From: Macrostomum lignano
Taxonomy: Eukaryota
DNA: 64,000 nt
NCBI GenBank assembly: GCA_002269645.1
Contig: NIVC01001063.1
Location: 124,001 to 188,000 of the forward strand
Direction: 5' to 3'
Position numbers and translations under genes: made by a program. The notes below the pieces were generated by a model that saw only the letters and a program-made list of their open reading frames with translations, made no database searches and was not told the origin of the DNA. Positions 11,401-26,185 of this stretch are shown here, piece after piece. The number at the start of each line of letters is the position of its first letter. The stretch's first letter is position 1.

Positions 11401-11717
11401 GGTCTGAGGACAGCAAACTGTCCTGCTTATACTGTCCTCCGCTTTTTCGAGGAGGATGCAGGTGCTCATGCTCGCACAGCAGCAACCCCTCCCCGCTGCA
11501 CTTTGAACTGGCTGCACGAAATCCCATTGGCGGAGGGGCAAGAAATTCTTTTTCTAAATTTGGAATCATCCCATCTGTTGAGAGAAAAAACGAGTGTTGA
11601 AAGACACTGGAGTCCGACAGTGTGATGTGGTCGCTTCACTATAAACTTTATTGAATATTTCTATCCAGAGAAAGACAATATCAAAAGTTTTCAGGAAAAA
11701 GCCGTTCGGCCATAAAA

Positions 11718-12902
11718 ATGAACTGCGGATTTTCATTGAAAAACTGCAGGAGCGTTGGTCCTCGATCGAAAATCTTCTACCTGTTCCTAACAGTAAGTGC
11801 AGCAGCTGGTGTCGCATTCGTCTTACTGCTAATATGTGTTCAGTCAGCAGCCTTCAGTTTTAAAGGTTTCAAAGCGCCTCACGCGCCACTCTCTGCCGGC
11901 ACTGACTTTGGCATAAACCAGAGCGATAGGGCCTTTCAAGAGCATTACGGGCGTCTCGTCCGCCGCATGCGCGAGTCGCTGTACCGCTTCGACAGGCCCG
12001 GCCTGCTGCTGCCGCTCATGCGGCTCTCCGAAGCCGAGAGGAGCCGCTCGCACCGGGCAGCGGCCGGCATGGCGTGGCTCAGCAGCCAGTCGGCGGTGGT
12101 GGCAGCCACCGTGCGCAACGGCATGGCCGGCCTGCCGAGCTCAATGTACAATGTCCAGCGCCTCAGAGCTCTGTTCAATGAGTCCTGGCTGGTGCTGGTT
12201 GAGAACGACTCGACGGACTCGACTCGAAGCTTTCTGTACAACACGACGCTGACCGACCCGAATGTGCGGCTGCTGGGCTGCGGCCGGGTCAACTCCCCAC
12301 TGCCGTGCCGCATCGACATCCGCTACAGCAGCGGGCGCCGGCACGTGCCCGGCTCCTACATAAAGCGGAACTTTACCGAGGAGGTCGAGCGCGGCCTGGT
12401 CATGTCCGCCCTCCGCAACCTGTACCTGGACTACATCTACGAGCACCTGGCCGACCGGGCATCGCTCCTGCTGATCATCGACCCGGACATCACCTGGCAG
12501 GACTGGGATCTGGACAGCATCGCCCAGGGACTTTACTACTTTGCGGCCAAGCCCAAGCTGCATCAGCTGTGCGCCCACACTACTCAGGACAGCCACCTCT
12601 ACGACCCGTGCACGCTGAGCTTCCACCTGAACAAGCGCTTCGGCGAGGACACCAAGTACCCTGTGGTCAGCTACGAGAAGTCGCTTCGGGACGCGCCGCG
12701 CAGTCTGCCGCCGGTGAAGGTGGAGAGCTGCTTCCAGGGCGTGTCGTTCTACCGGATGTCGGCTCTGGCGGCCCGCAGGCTGCGCTACGAGAGGAGTCAG
12801 GGCGAGTGGATGTGCGAGCACAACACGCTCTCCCGGCAGCTGGACGAGGTGTACATCGACCCGCAAATGCGGCTGCGAGTCAGGGCTGCTAACGTGGGCT
12901 GA
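11718..12902 (+). CDS. Type II membrane glycosyltransferase, CAP59/cryptococcal mannosyltransferase (GT69)-like, intronless, 394 aa
   Basis: N-terminal TM helix; LVENDSTDST, ALRNLYL, IIDPD (DxD), LYDP, VESCFQGVSFY and CEH motifs; GC-rich codon usage like other host exons. Confidence 0.7.
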   Translation: MNCGFSLKNCRSVGPRSKIFYLFLTVSAAAGVAFVLLLICVQSAAFSFKGFKAPHAPLSAGTDFGINQSDRAFQEHYGRLVRRMRESLYRFDRPGLLLPLMRLSEAERSRSHRAAAGMAWLSSQSAVVAATVRNGMAGLPSSMYNVQRLRALFNESWLVLVENDSTDSTRSFLYNTTLTDPNVRLLGCGRVNSPLPCRIDIRYSSGRRHVPGSYIKRNFTEEVERGLVMSALRNLYLDYIYEHLADRASLLLIIDPDITWQDWDLDSIAQGLYYFAAKPKLHQLCAHTTQDSHLYDPCTLSFHLNKRFGEDTKYPVVSYEKSLRDAPRSLPPVKVESCFQGVSFYRMSALAARRLRYERSQGEWMCEHNTLSRQLDEVYIDPQMRLRVRAANVG

Positions 12903-13694
12903 TGTGATGTGCTTTTGAGACCTACAATTGAATTTTTAAACTGCCCCATACGCTTTTCTCTAGATTCACTTGGATTAGGACCAGACCCAGAACCAGGACC
13001 CGAATCTGTAGAATCTGAAACCAAAGTTAACGAAATAATCACTTCAAGCACTGGTGATGCAAGAGTGCATCAGGAAAACAGAGGCGAAACTATGAATATA
13101 ATGACCGATGACTATAGGCTCGACTAGATGTACTCAGAGAGGAAACGGCATGTGCGAAATATCAGAACCCGAGGCCTAAAGTCGGAGTCCTTCGCTTGCA
13201 GATAGGTGTGCATTGGAGTAGGAGTGAGAGTAAGGCTTTTGAGCACGTCTTGGCACGACTCGGCCGGTGTACGCGGGAGAGAGTCGTGGGGACAGAGTGC
13301 TCAGAAAAATTTGCTCTCGAGTCAACCCTCACCTTGCGTACCTCAGCCTTAACTCGACAAGGCCGCTAGTGCACATGCAGACCATATAGAAATACAAACT
13401 TGCTTTTATTTTCAAAGATGTCATGGTTATTCTAACCAATTCCAATTAAAGTCTGTTTGTTAATTACACAATTATAATTAAATTCCGAATCGGTAGTCAA
13501 GAGTATAGACATGATTATATGGTTTAAAATTGTTTCTGTTCCAGTCTTCTGCGATGAGAATTTGAGACTGTCCTCCGCTATTCAACTCTAATTCACTCGA
13601 ATATGAAACACTCTAATTGCTATCGTTACCTGAGGATTTTGAAACTCGATGGCCAGTGCAGAAAGTGCTAGCAGCTGAAAAATTAGCTATCGAA

Positions 13695-16309
<2,615 letters not shown>

Positions 16310-16339
16310 ACACTATAAGTGAATAACACAGAGAGAGTT

Positions 16340-18340
16340 CAATATAAAGACATTGTCGTTTGACCACAGCGTGCAGGAATGATTTTTTCGATTTATTATC
16401 GTGCAGGAATGTCTGTGTCTATGGTAGAAATCACTTGACATACGTTAGCTTATCGTGCAGGAATGACTTCATTCCTGCACGATTTAACAATTTATTTTTA
16501 GAAGCAACTGAATATGTAATCAATAACAATATGGAAGAACAAAAAGGATAATAAGTGGAACTAGGGAAACAATTAATGAGTCTATAGACCTACTCACACC
16601 CCTCTCGGCATTTACTCGAAAATAAACTGCACAACATTCGTTTCGCCGTTTGCCAAAATCTTCATCCGCTTAGTGGGGGCTGCTACAAGTGTGGTGGTCG
16701 ATTCTTCAACAACCAGTGACTTCTTGACAGTTGACATTGACGCTGATCCGCACGGGTCGGTAGTCGCAACAGCCCTTGTAGGAGCGTCGCTCAGGGCGCA
16801 CGGGTCGGTAGTTGTAACAGCCCTTGCAGGAGCTTCGCTCAATGTAGAACTTGGTGCCGGCATAGTTCCAGCTAGAGCGACTGTCAGCTGATCACTCATC
16901 CCTGCCATGATCGAGTCCCTCTTCTTGCCTCTCCGGATGTATCGTTCTACCGACGCGCTATTCTGTGAATAGAGGTGGTGTTTAATAAATTCCTTGTCCA
17001 TGTGTCAATAAACTTACTAAGAATAAAGAATTGCTCACCTTGTGACCTGTTACCTTCGCAATTTTTTCGACAGAAAAGCCAGCTTCATGCAGCTCCGTAA
17101 CAACTGTAGGTCGCACACAATGCGGAGTGTACAGCTTGGACAGGTTAGCATTCGAAGAGATCTTCTTGAGCAACGGCCCCAAAGTGTTGATTCCAACTGG
17201 CACTTTGGTGTACCAGATGCCATCCGCATTCACTCGTGGTTTCGGACGCAGAAAGAAGTCCTCAGGTGATTCCAACCCGGCACGGCAGTAATTTTCGACA
17301 AATAAAGCTGGAAGGCCTGAACTGGACAGTGCCTTGACTCCGGCTTGGCCACCATCAAGGCCTGTTTATTGTCGTCGCAGAGTCGCATGTCACTCGAGCC
17401 TTTTACATTCTTTGAGGTGCTGCCTTGCAACTCGATCGCCATAGCTCCGTTTGATAGGGCCTTCTCTCGGAATGAACGAACAGTGAGACCTCGTAGCCAT
17501 TCTCTGCCGCGATTGCCAAAATAAAATAACACATTGAAATATACCTCTTCTTGCAAACGTGTTGGAGTGCTTCTGTCGAAGTAAGAAGCAAGCTTGACAA
17601 GGTCGTCCGACTCAATGGCTTCGTAATGCTGCACTCGACCACCGGACTTCAAATACGCATTGCAAACATTCTTCACCATCAAATTCGCGCTATGAAAAGC
17701 CTCGTGAGCGATGATATTGAGGCCACGTAATTTCATAAAGTACCTGAACAGTGCGGCTCGAATTCCTACGATTGTATTCGGCGAATAGAAGCTGCCGTCT
17801 GACTTACGCAGAGTCGCATAGAAGTAGCGGACCCATTTGGCAATTTCTTCCACCGAAGCAGTCGCGTAATCCACTTTTAAATTATTCTCCGCCAACCAGG
17901 CCGTCAAGCGGTTGATCACAGCTTTCTCCTTAGAGACAGTCGAATGACATTCGTTGTCGTGTTCCAGTTGAGCGGCCAGACTTTCCAATTCGTCAAGGTT
18001 ACACAAGGTTTCCGGATCCGAGCTGAAAAGTTTCTCTAATTCCTCGCTGAACGTGCAATCCGCTATCAGTGCAGTCAAATCGTCGCCCGTCCTCTCAAAG
18101 TTGCTGGACACACTTTCAATAAACATTTCGTCGCCACTTAATCCAGACACCGTAGCGTAGCGAAAATCAATTAATGGAGGATTCAGAGCCGAGTCGATTA
18201 CAGACGCCATAGTCAATAAGCTTTATACACTTTTCTATAAACTCTCCACTCAATTTTCATCTCTTCTTAACGTTTCTCGAAAACCGTGCAGGAATGACTT
18301 TGTCTATGGTCAAAAGACAATGATTTTCCTGCACGAAAAC
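16340..18340 (-). mobile_element. Crypton (tyrosine-recombinase DNA transposon)
   Basis: Single YR gene flanked on both sides by clusters of CGTGCAGGAA motifs and a 26-bp imperfect direct repeat (16400-16425 / 18285-18310). Confidence 0.8.
16612..18216 (-). CDS. Crypton tyrosine recombinase (DUF3504-like); exons 18216-17039 and 16962-16612, one frameshift near 17290
   Basis: Catalytic set FGNRGRE (R), TSKN (K), HCVR (HxxR), TGHK (H), VERY (Y); 76-nt GT..AG intron 17038-16963 joins GHK|NSASVERY in frame. Confidence 0.85.
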
Positions 18341-19029
18341 GAGTGCGTCAATGGCAAAAGCACGAGTGCGCGAATATTACAGTGTCTAAGCGCACAGGAA
18401 CTCTTAGTTCCAAACCGATGGGTCGGGGAACAGTCTCAAAGTCTCACTAGCTGTTGTGGAACCTTATTCCTGCAGGAGTTCACTTTCTTGGCGTCAGGAG
18501 TCGGATTAGTTCTCTTTCTCTGATGGTGGTCGGATACGAGAGTAGTTCAGTTTACAGAGCAAGGCAATTTTATAGTCGAAGTCTAATTTATTTCTCGAGC
18601 CCTGAACTCAAACACAGAACATGCTCCATAACAGTGTGTGCAGATTTCTGACACCAGCTAAAGCGAAGAATCTGTGCTGTCTATTATTCTAGGAAATCGT
18701 AATAAAAAATCTATGAAAATCGAAGAGAGTTAAAACCGATTCAAATATTTTCTCCCATCCCTTAAGACTGAGAAAATATGCCTTTTTAGATTAAAAAAAT
18801 CAACGGGAATCGGTCTCTCAAATCTATTGATTATTTAACAATACATCTGCTCACGCCGATCAAACAGACGTACGCTCGTATTAGACGTATATATCAAGAT
18901 AACAGTCGTTGACAACTATGTACTTTTACATTACACCAACTTTTAGCCGACATATGACATGTTTATTCAGCGATGTAATGTAAAAGTAAGTTTTTTCAGC
19001 ACGTCAGCCGACGTCGCCAACTTCGGACT

Positions 19030-19420
19030 AACTGTACGGGTTTCCTTCCTCCCAGAGATACATGTATAGCATATCGTGTCTTCTTTAAGGGACTGCTCAG
19101 AGTCTGATATGTTAGCTCGGATTATATTGTATTTATAAACAATTTCGGCTTGACCTTAGGTCCTACCGGTTTCTCTTGATCATGGTTTTAACCTTAACAC
19201 TTCTGGAAGTTTAGAGTCACTGTCAGTTTAATGTTTACTTTTTTATAATTCTAAAATAGATGTTGAGAACCAGCAGGCATTCTAGCATTCAATGATTAGA
19301 TGTTGCATGCATAACCGAAATTAGATTTGTTTCATACTGTTTACTTAATGAATGATTTTACTTTTTATTTTGCGTATTTCTATCTTACTACTTTTAGTAG
19401 TGCACTAGAGACTACTAAGT
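19030..19420 (-). mobile_element. LTR-like fragment related to 7480-7780/10063-10130
   Basis: Shared collinear blocks: ctc.gagtctga.at...agctcggatt, ttgtatttata, ttctaaaatagatgt.gagaacc, tatctta.tacttttagtag. Confidence 0.5.
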
Positions 19421-19589
19421 TGGAAGATTTTTAAAGATTTTGCACTATCTGATCAGTGTAAAATGTAGGGCGTACTTAAAAGAAAAATGAACTGTTGCTG
19501 TTGTAGTGAAAGTACGCATATTTGGTCTATGCATATGCATTTATAGCTCGTATAGGCACTAAAATCGATCACATACCCACATAGCTCAA

Positions 19590-20425
19590 AGACTCTCACG
19601 TCTCTCATATCTCCTCTCTCCTCTCTTCGCTATTATCATGACTCTCTTCTCTCTCTCCTCTCTCTCATCTCATCTCCACCCCTACTCCCTTATTTATCTC
19701 TTCTCCCTCATCTTTCGTCTGTACCCTCTCCTGTCTCTTGTCTCCTCTCTTCTCTCATATCTCTCCTCTTCACTTCTATCTCCTGTCTCCTCTCTTTTCT
19801 CTTATCTCTCCCTCTTCTCTCCTCTCTCATATGTCATCTCTACTCACTTATCTATCGTCTCTCTTAACCCTCTCTCTCTCTTCTCTTTTCTCTCCTATCT
19901 GCTCTCATTTCTCATATCTCATATACGCTCTCACACTCTACTTTCTTGTCTCCCATCTTTCTTTCCTCCTTTCCACTATCCCCTGTCTCTTCTCTTCTCT
20001 CTTTTCTATCCGCTCAATTCTCTCTTCTCCCTTATTAATTTCTTCTCCCTGGTCTCTCGTCTGTACTCTCTCCTGTCTCCTTTCTCCCCTCTTTTCTCCT
20101 CTCTTCTCTCTCCCCTCCTCTCTCATCTCTCATCCCTCATCTCACTCTTTCTTTCTCCTCTACTCTCCCCTCTCTTCTATTTTCTCTGTATGCTCTTATC
20201 CCTCATCTATTCTCTCTCCTATCATCTCTCCTTTCTCCCTCTGCTATCTCATATCTCCCCTCTCATCTCCTCTCTCCTCTTTTCTTCTCTCTCCCTCTTC
20301 GTTCCCGCCTTACTCCCCTTTTCTCTCCCACATGTCATGTCTAATCTCTCCTCTCATTTCTACTCTCTTTTTCTATCATCTCATCTCTCTTCTCTTTTTG
20401 CTCTTCTCTTTACTCTCTTCTCTGA
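19590..20425 (+). repeat. Pyrimidine-rich (CT) low-complexity tract
   Basis: Almost only C/T on + strand; produces spurious Leu/Ser ORFs. Confidence 0.9.
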
Positions 20426-20629
20426 CTGACTGAAGATGCCAAATCCATCAACCTCTCCGCGAAGCAGAAATCCTCTCCGTAAAACTGAAAGCTATCGAAA
20501 TTCTCTCTTTTGTTGTTTCTTCGGGGTGGTAGGGGATGACAACGTCTTCTAAACGTCGATGTCACTTTAACCCTCTTTGTCATATTTTTCATACAAAAAC
20601 AGCAACAAAATACGCTGTCAGTCAGTCAA

Positions 20630-21335
20630 CAGACAACGTCACAGCTGGCGCGTTTCAAGGCCTGGGCGCGAGGCAGCATGCAGTCGACGAAACGCCAAAT
20701 GCGTCCCTTCCCCGCAGTAGGCTTCGGCGCGACTACAGCTCAGATGAACATGGCCTGCCAGCTAGAGTCCTTGACGGCGCAAAAATTCGCTGGACGGGAA
20801 CAGGCCCGGTGCGGCGATAAACTGCCGCGTTGGTGACTTGCTTGTAGCCGATCTTGAAGGCAGCGTGCAGCAGGCCAGCGTGCGCCTCATCGACCTGCTG
20901 TTCGAGCAAATCCGTCAGCGTCCAGGTCTCGTCGGTGTTGAACCAACAGGACGGTCTCGATCACTGCCTGGAACAACGCCGCCCTCTGGCGGTCAAGCAG
21001 GGCCTCGGACTGTAGGACAGCTCTCATAGAGCAGAAAGCAGCTCAGCCAAGTCCACAGCGACATCGCTGGTCCTAACGAACGTCAGGCACCAGATCGCCA
21101 AGGTAGACGAACTGCTGACGCCTCGGCAGAAAATAGCAGCCTCGATGTCGTCTGACACGCAGAGCACGACGGTCTTCTCCGTGTTGACCACCAGGTCGAC
21201 GCTCGCCGCAACGCTCAACAGCCGGTCCAGCTGCATGGCGCTGGGCGCCCTCGACGGTCGTCGTTAGAAGGGAGAGCAGTCCACAGCACCCAGTCAAGCG
21301 CCAGGACGAACAGGAACGGCGCAAGCATAGAGGTT
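20630..21335 (-). mobile_element. 5'-truncated, degenerate RTE-clade non-LTR retrotransposon
   Basis: LAPFLFVLALDWVL (RT motif B'), VEGAQR/QLDRLLSVAASVDLVVNTEKTVVL, FVYLG; the YxDD segment is deleted; (TGAC)n stretch downstream. Confidence 0.8.
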
Positions 21336-22162
21336 GAGATAGACGTCAGGAACGTCGGCCAACGTCGCCGACGTCGAAAATTGCTGCGGCCAGGAAAGAT
21401 ATTGGCTGTTACGGCTAAATTTATTAGAAGCGTTGATATCAATGCAGAACCAAAATAATTAAACGCAAATGGCTATTTGGAAAGCTATGGAAAGAATTCT
21501 GGTCGGGATTTTGGTAAATTGGGCTTACAGGTACGGGACCTCGGGTATTGGAAATTTAAGACAAGTGCAGGTTCATGCATGTTCGATCCACACAAGGCGG
21601 GATGGGGATTCTACTCGAGTCTGGCTAAGGCGGGCGAGCACAGAATCTTTTAAAGACTGTGATGAGCCACCAGTTGGAAAAGGGGTTATCCTGCGTTAGA
21701 TAGGGTTACAATGAGCAGAAAGAAGGGGGTTTACCCCCGGGTGGTAACGATTAACACCGGGTGAAACCCTTATTCACATACAAACAAAAAATAAACGGGT
21801 GTGGGACTCGCGTCTACATGGGATAGAAAATGGCTTTCTATGCAGGGAAAGAATTTACACTATGCTGTATATACATATACCCCTATAGTAAACAGCTTGG
21901 TACGTAGCAGTGGTGGGATTTTCATATTACCGATTCCAGTTCCAGAGAACCAGAATCGGTTCGAAGCTTTTCATATTGTCTGTTCCGTTTTCAGAATCGG
22001 TTCCAGAACCGTGTTCTGGTTCTGGAATTAGGATCGAGAAATTTTCTCAATCCGTTGTCATGTTTACACTCAGTAAAATAGATTTTTTATCGTCTCAATT
22101 TTTATTATTCCGTGTATGATTATTCCCTTTTTTGTCATATCCAAGAGGAAACGGGTGCCCTT

Positions 22163-22410
22163 GAATTTAGTAACCGAAATTTAGTAACCGAGAATTTAGT
22201 ACCGCCTGAATTTAGTACCGCCTGAATTTAGTACCGCCTGAATTTAGTACCGCCTGAATTTAGTACTGCCTGAATTTAGTACCGCCTGAATTTAGTACCG
22301 CCTGAATTTAGTACCGCCTGAATTTAGTACCGCCTGAATTTAGTACCGCCTGAATTTAGTACCGCCTGAATTTAGTACCGCCTGAATTTAGTAATGCTTG
22401 AATTTAGTAA
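22163..22410 (+). repeat. 16-bp tandem repeat (gaatttagtaccgcct), about 15 copies
   Basis: Direct reading; no unique spacers. Confidence 0.95.
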
Positions 22411-23155
22411 CGCAACAAATGGTGCAGCTGAGAGATATTCCTTATGTATTAGTACAATACTAATACATTAGTACTATACCCCGTACAACATTTTTCCGTA
22501 TCGAGACGTATCGGAGACGTCCCCTTAAGGTCCCATTGAAACGTCTCCGGGAACGGTATTTCGATAGTTACGGATTCGTCCCGAGGTGAGAATTTGGGGA
22601 CGTGTACTGCAGGTCGCAAAGGAACGTAAAAATACGTGCCCGAGAATCAGCAATTTTGTCGCACTTCCTTAATGAATGAAGTTATTCACTGCGCCAATAA
22701 ATCATTATGAATGATTTTGCAAATTCTAGAGAAAAGAATCAAAAGCAAACAGAATCCTGCTCAGTCAACAAAGAATTTTTTGTTTAGCCAAAACGCGCGA
22801 GTTTTTTATACGAGCGTATTGATATATTCATCGGCATATTGCAGAATTTATTAACTGCGTATGCTGAAATTCATTATGAATATATTATACTACATGAAAT
22901 AATTTTAGTTGATACATAAAACAAATGTGAATATTAACATAAATGTATGTCTAATTATAAAAATACACAGGAAAAATATTAAAACAGCAACATACTCGTA
23001 GCATAAATATGTAAGGTATACGGAAACAGAAGCATTCAATTTACGTATATAATGTAGCACAAAAGGCTTAATAAGAATACGTGTACCGTTAATATTTTTT
23101 TTCATTTCAGCATTTTGATTACTGTTATAAAAAACGCAATGTAAATGAGGGGAAA

Positions 23156-23645
23156 CAGGGGCGTAGACAGGAATATTGATTGGGGGGGGGGGCGTGAGTT
23201 AGAGGGGCGCCAGTTTCTTTTAGGGGAGGGCAGTTTTTAATAGGGGGGAGCAGTTTATTTATGAGGGGGCGCCAGGAGAGCGGCAGTATTTTCAAAGGGG
23301 CGTCAAAGCGCAGTTCTGGGGGGGGGGGGCGCCAAAGCCAGAGTTGGTGATGGGGGGGGGCGCCAAAGCCAGAGTTGGTGATGGGGGGGGCGCCAAAGCC
23401 AGAGTTGGTGATGGGGGGGGGGCGCCAAAGCCAGAGTTGGTGATGGGGGGGCGCCAAAGCCAGAGTTGGTGATGGGGGGGGGCGCCAAAGCCAGAGTTGG
23501 TGATGGGGGGGCGCCAAAGCCAGAGTTGGTGATGGGGGGGGGCGCCAAAGCCAGAGTTGGTGATGGGGGGGGGCGCCAAAGCCAGAGTTGGTGATGGGGA
23601 GGGGGGGGCCGCGGCCCCCCTTGCCTCCCTCTGGCTACGCCCCTG
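23156..23645. mobile_element. hAT-type MITE with internal approx. 30-bp G-rich tandem repeat
   Basis: TIR caggggcgtag/ctacgcccctg, perfect 8-bp TSD aggggaaa (23148-23155, 23646-23653); empty site in the duplicated flank near 23880. Confidence 0.92.
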
Positions 23646-24032
23646 AGGGGAAAAGGTATGCTTGAGAGCAGGTCGCATTAATTATAGAAATACACAGGTA
23701 AAATATTAAAACACCAACATAGCATAAATACGGAAACAGAAGCATTCAATTTACGTATATAATGTAGCACAAAAGGCTTAATAAGAATACGTGTACCGTT
23801 AATAATTTTTTTCATTTCAGCATTTTGATTACTGTTATAAAAAACGCGATACATTTCACTGTTAGACTTTTCAATTAAATGAGGGGAAAAGGTATGCTTT
23901 GAGAGCAGGTCGCATCTGCAAGAAGGCGCAGGATAATAGAAAACGGCACGCTTTGAGAGCAGGTCGCATCTGCAAGAAAAAACGACACAAGAAGTTTTAA
24001 CCAATGCTGTGTTCTTTTATGATAATTGTCCT

Positions 24033-26139
24033 TTACTCTTCCATGATGCTATCATTGTCCAGATTAACGCCATCATTATTAACGCTTTCTACGTCGTCGC
24101 CCACATCGGCATCGTCCATGTCGTCATCGTCGCTATCATCGTCTTCGACATCGCCATCAGCGTCTTCCACATCGACATCATCGTCGTCCTCATTGTCAAT
24201 ATCGTCATAATGGTCGCACACGTTGCCATTGTCCGTCGCAGCATTTTCATTGCAAGCTGCCTCCTCATCGATCTCAGAGCCGTTGTCCCGAACAGAGCCT
24301 TTTGATAAAGTGTTGGCTCTTCGAGGCATCCGTTTTAGGATGCTGCCAACGTAGCCTAATGCAGAGACGGATCCAAGCTGTCGTCGCAGGTTTTTTGAAT
24401 GGAGTATAACATCTAAAAATATTTGCTGAGCTTAGTCACAACGAAAGGAATAATAATCCATAATCAATTTGCTATTTGAAACATACTCACGAACAATGCA
24501 CTCTGAAATAGCTATCGGAAGGCGCATTTTTGATCTCCGACCTTGAATGTTGAAGTGACACAATACCTGGGGACTAGCTGTCGACACAAGCATCGAATTA
24601 ACGGCATCTGAGAGCTTGACACTATTTTCAGTCCGCTTGAAGCAGTAATTGAGCTAAAATGAAATTAGTTTATGTAAGTTGAAAACTCTAAAATGTGACA
24701 TTCATCTGCACTACGCAGTAGAAGAGGCAAAGTAAATTTTCTCGTGACAAAACGTACATATGCTGCCCTTAGTTCCGGATCATTCTGATTCTGAATTCGA
24801 CTGTCGAAGTCTATCATCTGGTCGATTGACTTGTAGGGCAGTGACCTGAGCAAATCAGTCATCGGAGCCGAAATTTCTTGCCTGCTTGATGAAATGACGA
24901 ATTTCTCCTCCAAAGAGACCATTCGCTCAAGGAGCAGCTTCATCCATTCTAAAATTTTTAAACGTCTGCTTTAACGGCTGATAAGGTATAAAAGTGATCA
25001 GGAATCTGGTTTTATATTAATAACTGTAAACCGCTAAGCTCAAGCTTAGACGAAACTTACTTTCAAGATGCTTGCAATGACACGGCTTCGCACACTGAGC
25101 AGTGGCACCAGATAACTGAGCAGTGGCGCCTGATGACCGAGCAGTGGCGCCCGACTGAGCAGTGGCGCCCGATGACTGAGCAGTGGCGCCCGACTGAGCA
25201 GTGGCGCCCGATGACTGAGCAGTGGCGCCCGATGACTGAGCAGTGGCGCCCGGCTGAGCAGTGGCGCCGGATGACCGAGCAGTGGCGCCCGACTGAGCAG
25301 TGGCGCCCGATGACCGAGCAGTGGCGCCCGACTGAGCAGTGGCGCCCGATGACTGAGCAGTGGCGCCCGACTGAGCAGTGGCGCCCGATGACCGAGCAGT
25401 GGCGCCCGATGACCGAGCAGTGGCGCCCGACTGAGCAGTGGCACCCGATGGCTTCGCAGATCGAGCAGTGGAGCCCGACGTCTTTGCAGACTGAGCAGTG
25501 GTTTCAGAGGTTGATGACTTCTTAGCTAATGGTGTTGATGCACTAGCCATTGGGCCGGATGAAGTCTTGGCTACTGTTGATGGGCTAGAAATTGGTTTCG
25601 CTGGTTGAGTCTCAATTGTGGACTGAAAAACTGGCATACTTGGCGCAACTGGAAAAGACACTGATGGGCTAATATTCTCAACTGCGGCCAGTGGAGATTT
25701 TGTATGTCGAGGACGACGACGCCGTGGGGTTACAGATTCATCCTGCCAGTCTTTGAAGTGCTCGACTTGCTTACGCTTCCGCTTCCCATCAACATCGGTG
25801 TCCGAAAGAGTGCCCGTCTTATCAAAGCGTGTCAGACGATAGAGCAAGTAGTCCAGATCGTCTGAAAAAAAGATTAACTACATAGTGCGGATATGTACAC
25901 AAAATTTGTACATGGGATACACAGTGCTTACCATTCCAAATGTGACACTTGACAATCCTGTGGGTTTCCCAGCTGCTTCCTGGGTTCTCTTGCTGACGCA
26001 GACGTCTCACAAGCCTGGGGTCAGTAGCACTTGAGTAGTCATTTGGCAGTCTAACTGCTGTACCATCACTTGTGAACCAATTCATTGAAACAATCATGTT
26101 TCCATCAGCGAAGTTCACAAAGCAATATTTCTTTGTCAT
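24033..26139 (-). CDS. EnSpm accessory ORF2 (DUF4806-like), 580 aa, 5 exons: 26139-25932, 25861-25061, 24948-24758, 24653-24491, 24412-24033
   Basis: Four GT..AG introns (70, 112, 104, 78 nt) with compatible phases give 1743 nt without stops; N-terminal YCFVNF..IVSMNW..P..W motif, SGATAQ repeats, FNIQGRRSK motif, acidic tail. Confidence 0.85.
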
Positions 26140-26185
26140 CAGTAATCAGGACAGCAGATCAGAAATATGAAAATTTAGATATGTA

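Noticed and set aside
11844-12892. Overlapping antisense or alternative-frame ORFs in the glycosyltransferase, and likewise in HSD17B7 and XPNPEP1 exons
   Set aside because: Expected shadows of GC-rich codon usage.
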